Below, in pieces: positions 45,901-55,336 of a stretch of DNA of 64,000 nt. The stretch comes from Eukaryota sp. TZLM1-RC (taxonomy: Eukaryota > Protista > Metamonada: BaSk clade): assembly GCA_040285825.1 (NCBI GenBank), contig JAUPSS010000002.1, positions 930,001 through 994,000 on the forward strand, in the 5' to 3' direction. How positions within the stretch are numbered: position 1 is the first letter of the stretch; each line of letters begins with the position of its first letter. Below the pieces are notes generated by a model. That model was given only the letters and a program-made list of their open reading frames with translations. It ran no database searches and was not told where the DNA came from. A program made the translations under genes and the position numbers.

Positions 45901-47243
45901 AGATTTGTGTTGTTGAGAAACACGGCAGCTGAGATCAGGACAATCCTTGATCATATGACCAGGCTGTTTACAGAAGCGACAGACGACGTCTTGAGAAGAT
46001 TTGGAGGCAGACTTAATAGGTGTTTTTGAAGAAGTGGAAGGAGTTCGGGGATTACGAGGAGTTCTGAAAGAGGGATTACGGTTATGCTTGGGATGAGACT
46101 GATTGGAGTGTCGTCGGGAAGAGAAACGAGAAGAAGGACGAGAGTGATAATTTTGTTGGTCAATATTGCGAGGACCAGGTGCAGAAGAACGCTTGTTGAA
46201 GGAGTAGAATTCTGAGTAAGGTAAATGGTGTCTAGGTAAAAGTTCTTTAAGGCGAGAGATCAGTTCCGGTAGGTCTTGGATGTCTTCATTACGCATATCA
46301 TGTTTCAAAATGCGTTTCACAGCGTCAGGACGAATACCATTAATAAAGAAGTGGAGTTTAGATTTGGAGTCAGTAAAAGAAGGAGCTAGGCGAAGGATTT
46401 TCAGAAAGGCAGTAGTGTAAGCAGCTATAGCATCAGAGGCGGAGGACGAGTTCAGGTTTAGACGAAGGCGCTCAAGTTGAAGGTAGACTTCTGAGGTGTC
46501 TTCAACCTCACAACAGGAAATAAGGTAGCGAGCAATGGAGTCAGGGTCATTGGGATCCACGTTCTCCATAACCATAAAGGTTTCGAGGACTTCTGGAGAA
46601 ATAGTATGAGGTAAATGTGGGGAGATGAGAGCGGCCAAGTCATCATAATCAAGAGAAGAGAAGGAACGGAGACCAGTGAAATTGTTAATGTTGGTCTTGG
46701 AACTAACAGATTCAGTGGGAAAAGCTTGAAGTTCAGCAGTGGCTTCTTCATCTTCTTTATCGAAAAGCAGGTTATAATGGACTTGCTCAGGGTCATCTTC
46801 CTCTAGAGCAGAGGTCTGAGGTACAGTTGTTGAAGGGTTAGCGTGAGACCGGATGCTTACGCTTCTACGGTCGTCAGCTTGAGACTTGCACTGGTCAGTA
46901 GGGATTTCAGCTTTTTCAGCTTCGGCGGAACGAGGACGGGAACGGGAACTGGAATGGGGACGGGAACTAGCATGGGAAGCCATGCGGACAGCATAGACCC
47001 TAAGCTCCTCAACAAACCGGGAGACAGCTTCTCGACCGGAGGCACGGAGGAAGGGAGCAACTAGGGTTAGATGATCCTTGGGATCCACAGTAATTACTGT
47101 TGGGTTTCGTGCACAAGTAAATAGCATTACAAACGGAGACAGATGTTTATCAATGCAACAAGGAAAATCAAAGATAAAATTACCACAATCTAAATATAGC
47201 AGTGACACGTAATCACTTAAACTACTATGGCTAAGAGCCAACA
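39908..47243 (-). mobile_element. LTR retrotransposon 4, full length and young, nested antisense in the RT of element 3
   Basis: 146-bp LTRs at 39908-40053 and 47098-47243 (2 differences); perfect TSD CATT; PPT GGAAAAAGAAAGAAGAGGTAG; single ORF. Confidence 0.97.
40054..47127 (-). CDS. Gag-Pol polyprotein (2357 aa from the first ATG): gag-CCHC, protease, RT, RNase H, unknown insert, integrase, chromodomain-like tail
   Basis: CRFCKQPGHMIKDC; MIDTGAT; LHLPKAFWQ...FGLKNVP...YMDD; STDASD...KEL...WADYLSR; H..H..CxxC, CDTIGP, SDNGPEF, GLVER; GPYVV. Confidence 0.93.
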   Translation of the reverse strand: MLFTCARNPTVITVDPKDHLTLVAPFLRASGREAVSRFVEELRVYAVRMASHASSRPHSSSRSRPRSAEAEKAEIPTDQCKSQADDRRSVSIRSHANPSTTVPQTSALEEDDPEQVHYNLLFDKEDEEATAELQAFPTESVSSKTNINNFTGLRSFSSLDYDDLAALISPHLPHTISPEVLETFMVMENVDPNDPDSIARYLISCCEVEDTSEVYLQLERLRLNLNSSSASDAIAAYTTAFLKILRLAPSFTDSKSKLHFFINGIRPDAVKRILKHDMRNEDIQDLPELISRLKELLPRHHLPYSEFYSFNKRSSAPGPRNIDQQNYHSRPSSRFSSRRHSNQSHPKHNRNPSFRTPRNPRTPSTSSKTPIKSASKSSQDVVCRFCKQPGHMIKDCPDLSCRVSQQHKSNSQPHYPNPREPVGKREIPTRKRNPQLNSIISSIQDGIKEDHDIDHTYLPIYVTHSPSSSESETSYNVILNPLINSDNSSDYSSASPSSPLSLKHFSDSDCFEFANLFENLDLITCPSYPSSVSESPAKPSRLNSSSSFVSTPLSRVAKEASISDEFRPTTLRTDTSSLVPLGKAPGSSNKSLSLEANPDLDSDLEPVYADCARHDGGVTELGNSVTKRSNLNHHDDKVPSTSTNPYLPSDPSHASVVIPNPKITIPLKELNKPMDRKLLHLRIFAGKDQIIYGMIDTGATISCISRDLVKVARLKPTGSSLKLNLADNNSVECQLVSGTLAFALGGTAKLTYVSTTLAVLDCPNSCLIGCDLLKSLGLLTNNYLFINLTERNLSIQDENAVPDQFMPPALTVSTAVTLPDLDKAKFLLDDSTLTQNIKDLLLKYPQIFSKLPDSRGIDCPQIFSKLPDSRGIDCPPMTIEFYDESEIVSKKARYLPPDKLRIANEQIDLLIEHGFAVPYDGPFSSPICLVQAPGKPPRLTGDYSGSDGINAKTVPIPADLPRISDVCRFLSNATYIATLHLPKAFWQLNLHPDDQPKTAISIPGRKVMFTRASFGLKNVPAIFQNLMKRIFNLDGIFIYMDDLILAANSKPEFLASLDKLFALAQKYRVRIGLHKCAFQTKDHPIKVLGTIFENGTRKICPSRIETLSKLSPPTSVPELRSFVGSINFIRDWLPSVSAELAPLTALLQKKPKKIKLGEKEIKCFENIKTMLINSTPLALPDANSTILISTDASDKAIAGIIWKELEPSPPGTCLSKRKVAPVSFYSRILTASQRNWSTMQKELFVIVMTLNQPNLSSFLMTKHLTIFCDYQNLSYLLSCPDENRVVLRWIPVLQSFEFDIVHIEGPKNFWADYLSRTNLDSPKKTPGRKERKTKNSTARTKNAVEKCCSLLRPNSVHGNSFSSLFNYLNLAELDLDPITWYNLSYEDAAKVIHPSASRHPKSAFAEINALKHFSHFEPITNSVHRDLIDRNCMAFFFILSTDLPRMHVREFVDSSTHNLNDLIQHGNLNLKLYFHHPKIPSLNYHPDTIPANALIIRLNRLCSSVSLDDLYYHLNIFHLLPLPTHMYPFNIDHNRFISRRFEDFLIDPDRSKYISACWKLPHPHRLSLLDLHTRATKTDTNDEYPHDIPSIPTLDLPITVLDEQLYHWALHNSTPLYSTCGTPALDPNRISRDHSNWNGYENTRVLSDHIRHRPYLLDPSRDITTFIPLCLLKPCIWYIHHFADDEMAPCDFPIPCFETIWSDQIDPGSHSIRISYALADLSTSEPLLAESFHPTQYCCHIDDIEPLIIGTPRPRPSRQDFLIYERILPVTRTGSYSGFVYHDSEGRKFLHPFFVIEPALSRFDSLKRWFPELVNHRQFLRSQSGQSDSSPPPCDPRTAEEIIEISSSSDVDMETAFCIVAETSESQQSESSESLLSNQNPSPSSKFLSKIFKEQQKLSDSDSLFADSYIHRSSGLKMLNSSQPKILIPPSLRPEILLLTHGSVESGHPPIDIAWKKLKDSDFHWPNMKADLFSHIAGCIPCQKISPILKNSIPTTGSLNSAKRPFEYLHCDTIGPLSVDSYGNKYVIHFVDAFSKFSILVPVADVTALTVVNSILVHVYSVFGAPRSIHSDNGPEFSNKVFSLLCQFLNIEHTLSIPHFHQSNGLVERQHRTVLQALRKLLLDFADYQNWSDYIPICQLIVNSHPRKSLGTSPYFLLFGTNTSPRLLPHEMLESLKPPANQPDLPDYLAHLTSLTQTLTDSWNKIDLDSIAIEPSAPLTCKLQPGDRVFVLRDKPAKLHGHFVGPYVVEKQLTNSSILVKNPITKNLLKTSIHLVKPCTSSLPKEILDSYVAADKGEHVIDAIDSIENNDATIIWSDGTSTVQPVDSIKNTAAYKRFMLLIEDVPKKKTRGKRKKR

Positions 47244-48314
47244 CATTGCCACACTTGATTTACCAAAACCTTTCTGGCAAATGAACGTAGCAGAAAAAGA
47301 TATCAAAAAACATCATTTTCAATACCTGTGAGGTCCGTCATGTTCAAAAGAGTTTGCTTTGGTTTAAAGAATATCCCAGTAGTATTTCAAAATGTAATGA
47401 TGGAAATTTTCCAAATAGACGGCGTTTTCATATACATAGACGACATCATAATAGTCGGTACTTCATTTGATGAATTCTACAGACGACTACAAAGAGTGCT
47501 CGAATGCGCCAGGAAAAGACGGGTAAACATTGGTTTACGAAAATGCAAATTCGTCACAGCCAAACACCCCATTGACATATTAGGAAGCACCTTCCAGAAC
47601 AAAACTAGGTTTATCAGCAAGAAAAGATTGAAGCCCTTATGAAAATACCCAGACCAAAAACAGTGAAAGAGGTTCACTCCTTGGTTGGATCAATCACTTA
47701 CATAAGAGATTGGCTTCCTGGAATTTCTGAATTAATAGCTCCAATCAACGAGTCAATAAAAGGAAAACCTAGAATTATCAAATGGACCAATGAGCATGAA
47801 GATTAGCTTAAAGAAATCAAAGATTTAATTGTAAACCACATGCCCGTTGAATTACCAGCTTCGGGGAAGCGAGTATTAATAAGTACTGACGCTTCAAATG
47901 TAACAGTAGGAGACGTAATTTGGCAAGAAATTGAACCCTACTCCCCTGTAGGAAACCCGCTAAATGAAAGGAAAATGAAACCTTTGTCATTCTATAGTAG
48001 ACTACTTACAAAGAAAATGGTCCACTTTACAGAAAGAACTATATGCAATACTTTTGATTTTAACTGAAAGTTGTTTAGAAAGCTACCTATTGACTAGACA
48101 TTTAACAATTTTCACTAATCACAAAAACATTGCATTCCTGGCCACAGCTTCAGAGAAAAATAGAATTGTAAAGAGATGGCTGCCGATACTATCTGAATTC
48201 GACTTTGATATAGTCCATAAACCTGGTGAAGATAACCATTGGGCAGATATGCTATCGAGGAATATTGATTTGGATCAAAACGAGGAAACTCCTTCTATTT
48301 GTAGTATAAATATA

Positions 48315-49500
48315 CCAGATACTAACAAATCTAAACAAATCTTCTACAAAATTAGTTTCATTGTCGTTAATCTGTCCGGTTTCATTCGAATCTCTATCAT
48401 GACAGTTCAATAGCCCAACTTTCCTCCAACAATTGGAAATACATTCTCTGGTCACCATAGACCAACTAGAGGAGATAATGGGGAGAACGTCAACGATGCC
48501 TATACGTTTTTGGGCTTCGTCCTGTGTGACTCTTTCAGTAACAATAATTGGCAATATTTTTCTTAGAAAATGTTTTGAATAAAAGCGCTTAAACACTGCA
48601 ATAATTCCAGCATCGAGTGGTTGGATGTGTGAAGTGGCATTCTTTAACAAAAACTCAGTCCTCACATTAGACAAATTTTCAGTTAAAATGTGAGATGGGG
48701 CATTATCAATGAGCAACAGAATTTGTCTTCCATTTGCTCTCATTTTTTCATTCAGTTTCTTACAGTAATCGGTAAAAATTGATGAAGTCATCCAAGCCTT
48801 TTTGTTAGCATACCACAATAAGTTCAGTGAATTGGCAGTGTTTGGTTTCATACCGCGAGGCTTTTGAGACTTGTTGATGATACCGAGAGGCATTTTCTCT
48901 GACCCATCTGCATTTACACAAAAAACCAGAGTGATTCTTTGCTTAGAATCACGCTTAGAAAGATTCGAACCAGCCATCACCGTGTTGTAACTGGTCGCTT
49001 TTTGGAATATCCAGGACTTCATAAAGCTTTTCTGCCTCTGTTAGAATAACATCTTCAGTGATTGTCATGAGAGCTGAGTTTGACTCAACAAACAGTGCAA
49101 GAGCAGCATCAAGGTCACGGTGTTTTACAGAACGAACTCTCTTTGCAGATGGTCTCAAATTTTTGCCCAGGGCAAGAGCTTGCTCAAGAACTTGTGAACG
49201 TCGCTTCAAAATCTTTCCAATAGTTGTACGATGGGGTTTTGAGGGCAAGTTGAAAGTCTCTTTAGCCCAGGATGCCAAAGCAGTATTCTTTAGATGAGGA
49301 TTTTCGTCAGCATATTGGATGAGGAGTGCTGACTGTTTGACACCTATCTCTACTGGTTTCGGTTTTGGTGGTTGTGACATGAAAAAGAGAGAAGTTATAA
49401 AGCGAGAAGTTACAATTATAAATGACTAAGGGAACCAGAAAAAACGAGAATTTATAGAGAGTGAGAAGTTATATAGCGAGAAGTTATAGAGAGGTTACTG
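48315..49500 (-). mobile_element. pogo/Tigger-type DNA transposon remnant (CENP-B HTH + DDE_1), internally deleted and one-ended
   Basis: Terminus CAGTAACCTCTC (minus strand) next to TA at 49501-49502; subterminal GAGAAGTTATA repeats; GWFESF joined directly to SKQRIT..CVNADGSEK; LLLIDNAPSH; QPLDAGII. The left boundary is approximate. Confidence 0.88.
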
Positions 49501-50204
49501 TACTTTACTTTCGAATTACGAGATACCTCCACTAGACGATGATTTTGATTCGAACTTTGAAGATATCCCATCAATTTCATCTTTAAGTAGACACCAAGAC
49601 TTACCTATTTTTTCTTCTTGGTTCTCTAAAATAAGATCTGAACAACAAATAGCCAAAAACAACAATGACTCTTTATTTGAAAATGCAATTCTAGATGAAA
49701 ATACTCAAATTTGGAAAAATAATAAAAATCAAATTTTAATTCCAAAGAGCCTTAGAAAACAGGCACTATTATTAATACATGGTTTAGTTCAATCTGGTTA
49801 CCCCAGCAAAAACGATAGTTTACAAAAACTATCCAAAAGTGACTTCTACTGGCATAATATGAGAAAGGACCTCATAAATCATGTAAAAAGTTGCTCAACT
49901 TGTCAAAAAACAGCTCCAGTTAATAGGTCAAAAACACCTTCCACAGGATCTCTATGGGCAGATCATCCATTTGCCAGATTAAACGTCGATACAATTGGAC
50001 CTCTGAACACTGACAACGAAGGAAATAAATATATATTAGTATTTGTAGACTCTTTTACTGGATATACAAATTTGGTCCCTCTGAACGAACTCAATGCCTT
50101 AGAAACCGCAGATGCTTTGATTTGCAACGTTTGCGCAATTTTTGACATACATATGTTAATTCATAGCGATAATGGGCCTGAGTTCGCCAATGAGACTTTC
50201 AAAA

Positions 50205-51597
50205 TAGTTGTTTTTAAATTATGACATTTATTTTCAACGCTAACAAAACATTAAACAAAAAACTAGAACTCAATATCCTCAATACACGCATCAACATCAT
50301 CAAATTTTTTATACGCGCGATTTTCATACTCTATTCCTAATTGTAACAGTGCTTTGGTCAACATTTCTGGAATTGCTTTAAGAATACTAAAAACAATTCT
50401 ATTGTGCCTTTGCTCTTTTCAGCAAAGCAAAGTGGAGTTTCATCCTTTTTAGCAAAATCAATTGCTGAGTCTTTACAAACATCAACAGTGACAACATCAA
50501 CAACATTGATCACACCATCAGACCCAGGGGTAATTAAATCAGCACGGCGTTTCCCAAAAGTATTTTCATCTTCATTTTCAGATGACAACCTTCGCACAAG
50601 TGGTTCAACAAAATCTTCAATGTGATGACTTTTGCACATAGCGTATAGTTAATCTCTAACAGCATCGTGAACAACTGAGCGATATGTAATATTAAATTTG
50701 CAATTAAATAAATGATTCAGATTGATGAGCTGACACAACGACAAATCAAATCATTTGACACACTACATGGCCACAGAAAACACTTCATCCTGAAGGCAGT
50801 TGTCCATTGATGATCAATTAATAATAAGCCATATACATTTGGAATCTGGGAAATGAGACAACTTGAGCTACTTTCCTTAAGATCAATTAGAAAGTTTGCA
50901 AAAACGGGATTTTTTTCTTTAGCCAAGCTAAGACGAACAGTGAAATCCAAGTTTTCAAAAACTTTTAATATCTTTTTTCTGCAATTTAGTGTATGCAAAT
51001 TTCAAGGAAATCAAACTGTTGGGTGGAATTTCTTGAAAATCAGCAGGAAAGCATTTGGACCATATGTGAGGAGAGATTCATTCAATTTCATTCTGCAAAG
51101 ATACTAAATAGTCACTAACACAATATTCTATTAAATGTTGGTTTTCAGGAAAACGTTTCAAAAATTCAAAGACGAAATTTTTGCCTCTACCGATAAATGC
51201 AGCTTTACACAAATATTCAGATTTGTGAAAATCCAAGCCTCAAAATTCTGTGCTGCAAAAAATATGACTGCGTAAATAAGAACAATCAATGTCAAGCAAA
51301 TTAGCCAAAAACTTTGTTCTTAATTCATTGAAAATTCTGCAAAATTCAAGAGAGAGAGATGGTGATGTTGATCGTAGGATATGAGTAAATTTCCCTGAAT
51401 AACAAATTCTGAGGAAGAAAAATTTAAGATGTTTTTCAATATTTAAATCTGAAAGAACAATCAATTCCTCTTCAAAATTATCCAAAAGAGAGGAAAGTTG
51501 ATTTCGAATTTCATCAAAATTGCCTAGATAACAACCTAAAAAACGAAATCCTGATTCAAAATAATTGATAAAAGGAACACTTTGACCATCAATAATG
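50205..51597 (-). mobile_element. RLE-type (CRE-like) non-LTR element, 5'-truncated and degraded, nested in the integrase of element 3
   Basis: RT-end GFRFLGCYLG, HILRS, RRADL...VVDVVTVD...AEKSK; the host integrase stops at FANETFK and resumes at REAERHQ...FNIGDYV. Confidence 0.85.
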
Positions 51598-52282
51598 AGA
51601 AGAAGCAGAGCGTCACCAAACATTTAATACTGCGTCTTCAGTAGATAATACTAATTCGTGTTTTATATTATTTAATATTGGTGACTACGTCTTCCGTAAA
51701 ACCAAGCAAAATAATAAATTGCATGGATCTTGGAATGGACCATTCTTAGTTATTGACCTTCCTTCCAAATCCACTTTATTATTGAAGAATCTTACTACTG
51801 GCACAGAATTAAAAGCTGCCAAGAAAGATTGTAAGATCTATAACGCAGAAAATCCACAGGACATTGAGTTCCTCAAGGCAGTCGCAGCAGGCGATGCCGA
51901 AAAACACGTTATAGAGAAAATCCTCTGAGAATACCACTCTGATTCAGGTAGTTTCTGTTCTGTTCAATGGTTTGGCGGTGAGACAACAGAAGAGCCTCTC
52001 CATTCGGTTAAACATTCAGAAGCTTATAAGTTATTTAGTAAGGAAAACAAGAATATTAGAAAACGTACCACTAGTCGACGTCAAGGTACCTCCAATGAGT
52101 CTACGCCTTCTAAGAGGCCTAGACGTAGTTATAGATTAGGAAGCGGAGCTAATTCTTGGTTTATATCGATTACTTATTTTATATCGATTTTTTATATATT
52201 TATTTATAGTTATTTCGTTACTTGTTTATAGTTTAGTTCATATTCATATAAGCTGATTTATTTTGAAGAAGACAAGAAGCAG

Positions 52283-52361
52283 TGTTGGCGCCCTAAGGCT
52301 TTTATAATATGAATAGAAAGTAAATCAGACTTCTCTTTACTACAATAGACTTTAGGCAACA
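52283..52361 (+). repeat. 3' LTR of element 3
   Basis: Direct repeat of 35810-35888, followed by TSD TTGT. Confidence 0.93.
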
Positions 52362-53178
52362 TTGTAGTTCAATTAAATTTACACAACTTCGGCTTGTCTA
52401 ATTCACAACTATGTTTTACATTTATGATATTTGGAACACTAAAAAAATGCAGGCTGATATACACAAGTAAAAGACTGAAAGTTTGTTATTAATAAGTCTT
52501 GTTCAACATTTCAACAACCTAAAATACACTTTAATTCACCTCTGCAACCCTTTTTAATGGGTGATTATTAAAAAACTATTTAAACAAATTGAAACATCTT
52601 AGACCAGAATTTATATTCAATTTCTAAATAAATTGTGAATTTGATATATTGAATTAAATATAAAAAAATATTAAATATAAACATATTGAATATTTGTTAA
52701 CAATGACAAATGAAGCTTTGACTTGATCAAAATGCCCTGTTAGATCTGCAAATGTTGGCACAATTTTGAGGGAAAACACAATAAGAAAAGGAATATCACA
52801 CCAACACTTGTCATGAAATATAAGCTTGTGATAGTGGAAATTGCCTAGTTAAAACCTGGTCCCTGGAACGCTTCTGGTCATGTTCCATAGTAGTGCTCAC
52901 TAATTGGTAGTGTTGAACTATAATATATATATATAATAATATATAATATTAGAGATGGTAGTATTATAGGTGATTTAAATCGGAACTAAAAGTGCTAATA
53001 CTCACCACATAACTAATAGTTCCAAAATAAAATATTATCGATTCATCTTTTATTATAGTGTTCGTGCAAGTGTTGGTGAAAGAAGTGGTGTGGTGAAAGA
53101 GGATTTTATAATTATGTGGACAATACAAAAATCATCCTGTTTTTCAAAATCTTGACCACTTACACCACACTACCTCAA

Positions 53179-55266
53179 ATGGATGTTCTCACTGCTCGGC
53201 AGGCACACGAGCACTTCATCAATGGGCGGTATCTCGAAGCTCTGCAACTGCTGCAGCAGATTCCTAATCACAATTCAGATCCACGCATAGCACATAACAT
53301 CTCAGTTTGCAACTTTTTCATCAATAATGATGCATCATCATTCCACAATGACCTGCAAAATATCTCTATTGACTCTTCAATACCTTTGTACAATACTGCT
53401 GTTGCTCTTTACCATCAGTGGCGCTTTCAAGATGCTATCAATTTTGTGCAACCTCTGGTATCTTCTTTTGACTCTCTGACAGACACGCTTAAACAATCTC
53501 TTGCAATCCTTCTAGTTGAGTGTAATCTCGCCCTTGGTAAACTAGACCAAGTTGCATCTTCTCTTGACCTTCTCTCGTGTCTTTTTTTCCCAGATGATTC
53601 CACCTCTGTCAATGACCTGTCCACTCCTCTCCCCCAATTCCCTATACATGCCACCACTCTCTCCTTTTTACATTCGCTCTACCGTTGTCAGAAGGTTTTG
53701 AGTTTTCCTTCCTCAGCACCCCATTTGCCTGCACTTTTGAAAACCGTTAAGAAGGAAATTAAAGGAATTCTTGCTAGAGTTCCAGAAGACTCAACATTAG
53801 GATCCATTGCCAGATTATTGAAGGCTCATCTAGATTTTCGGAAAGGTTCACTACGTAAAGCAATAAGGGTTCTTCATGGCTGTCCATGGCAAAGTATTCC
53901 CTCTGCGTCCCTCGTACCTCATTATACCGATGTAGCTGCGTTTAACAACCTCGCTGCAACATATTTGGCATTTCGAAAACCAAATCTAGCTGTTTCCTTT
54001 GCTTCTAGGTCTCTTGCTGCTCTGGCCAGTGCTAGTAAAGTTTCCGTGAAATTAATCCCCAATGACGTCACGATTACGATTAGATTGAATATGGTCTCCC
54101 TTTTGTTTGGTCTCCCCTCACACAATCCGAGTTTGAATCTTTTATCTCTTCCTTTCTCTACAATTACATCAACTCATGCCTTGTTATCTTCAGTTCCAGA
54201 AGCTAAGAAGGACCCGTCTATTCTTCTGTCCCATGCTATATCGTGCCTTCATGCTGCAGTGATTGTCCCTGGCTCACCTTTGGAATTGGAGGAATTAATC
54301 AGAAAGAGCCCATTTTATAGCGAAGAGAAGCTGTCTGAACTATCATCAATCGCGACTGAGCTGTTCTCCACATCATCAAAACCCGCTATGACTTCCCTAA
54401 TTTCTGGAAACACATTACCCATTGCCCCTCTGTTGGCTCGAAAGGTTGGTTCTAGCAAACATAGAAAACTTATTGCTCATTCACCAGGAGTTTTTCCAGT
54501 TACTTTTGGACCAGTCTATGTAGCCGTTGAACCTCGTATTTCCTTAGAATCGTCTCCTGTTCCTTTGAAAAGGAATGAGTTGGTTGCTCATGCAAGGGCC
54601 TGTGCTCTCCTCTCTTACCAATTATTACTCCGCCACTCTGCTGTTATCGATGCAGCCAAGCAAGGTGATGTGGTTGAGAGGCAGATTGTTTCAACTATTT
54701 GGCCACTGACCACCGATCTTGGTTGCGGGTGTGCTGGATTCGCTGGAGATGCTAGTGATGTCAAAAGTGATGTTGGTCCTGAAGCAGAGTTGATTAATCG
54801 TTTTGAATCAATGCTCTCTGCGTCTAAATTGGTTTTGGGTTATAGTTTCCTTGCAGAAGACAATCCTGCATGTGCCTTAACATTCCTTCCAAGTACACCA
54901 CTCACTCACTCCATTGGTGACTCTACAGTCCAGTCAACTGTTGTTTTGCAACTTTTATACCGAGCTGAAGCCCATTGTAGATTTGGTAGGGGTAAGGAAG
55001 CACGGACTACTCTTGCATTAGCTCCTGATCATATATCTTCAAGTGAACGTGTTGCATTGCTTGTCCAAAGTGCAGCTAGCTACTTGGTGTCTGGTTCAAA
55101 TGATGATGTTGAAACAGCTTTCTCAATGGTCCAACAAGCTAGATCAATGAGTCCAACATCAACAGTTGCACTTGTTCAACTTGTCTATTGTTGTCTTCGT
55201 TTGTCAAGGTTTTCGGAAGCTTCGGCACTATGGTCGTCTAAGGGTTTGCCATATTCCTTACAATAA
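53179..55266 (+). CDS. CNOT10: CCR4-NOT subunit 10-like TPR protein
   Basis: AHEHFINGRYLEALQLL...DPRIAHNISV; LKAHLDFRKGSLRKAIRVL; FNNLA...KPNLA; LYRAEA, matching CNOT10 motif order. Confidence 0.78.
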   Translation: MDVLTARQAHEHFINGRYLEALQLLQQIPNHNSDPRIAHNISVCNFFINNDASSFHNDLQNISIDSSIPLYNTAVALYHQWRFQDAINFVQPLVSSFDSLTDTLKQSLAILLVECNLALGKLDQVASSLDLLSCLFFPDDSTSVNDLSTPLPQFPIHATTLSFLHSLYRCQKVLSFPSSAPHLPALLKTVKKEIKGILARVPEDSTLGSIARLLKAHLDFRKGSLRKAIRVLHGCPWQSIPSASLVPHYTDVAAFNNLAATYLAFRKPNLAVSFASRSLAALASASKVSVKLIPNDVTITIRLNMVSLLFGLPSHNPSLNLLSLPFSTITSTHALLSSVPEAKKDPSILLSHAISCLHAAVIVPGSPLELEELIRKSPFYSEEKLSELSSIATELFSTSSKPAMTSLISGNTLPIAPLLARKVGSSKHRKLIAHSPGVFPVTFGPVYVAVEPRISLESSPVPLKRNELVAHARACALLSYQLLLRHSAVIDAAKQGDVVERQIVSTIWPLTTDLGCGCAGFAGDASDVKSDVGPEAELINRFESMLSASKLVLGYSFLAEDNPACALTFLPSTPLTHSIGDSTVQSTVVLQLLYRAEAHCRFGRGKEARTTLALAPDHISSSERVALLVQSAASYLVSGSNDDVETAFSMVQQARSMSPTSTVALVQLVYCCLRLSRFSEASALWSSKGLPYSLQ

Positions 55267-55336
55267 ATAAATAAATTGTAATATTTGGTTTTTTATTTAA
55301 ATATAAAATACATATTAAATATACGACAGATATAAA

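Larger units (their letters stand above)
35810..52361 (+). mobile_element. LTR retrotransposon 3 (Ty3/gypsy order), degraded, host of three nested insertions
   Basis: 79-bp LTRs (2 differences); TSD TTGT; PPT GAAGAAGACAAGAAGCAG; gag with CCHC (38440-38500); protease IDSAA; RT ADYI|ATLDLPK split at 39907/47248; YIDD; RNase H; integrase split at about 50204/51598. Confidence 0.92.

Noticed and set aside
41570-47064. Many short + strand ORFs opposite the element 4 polyprotein
   Set aside because: Antisense shadow ORFs without motifs.
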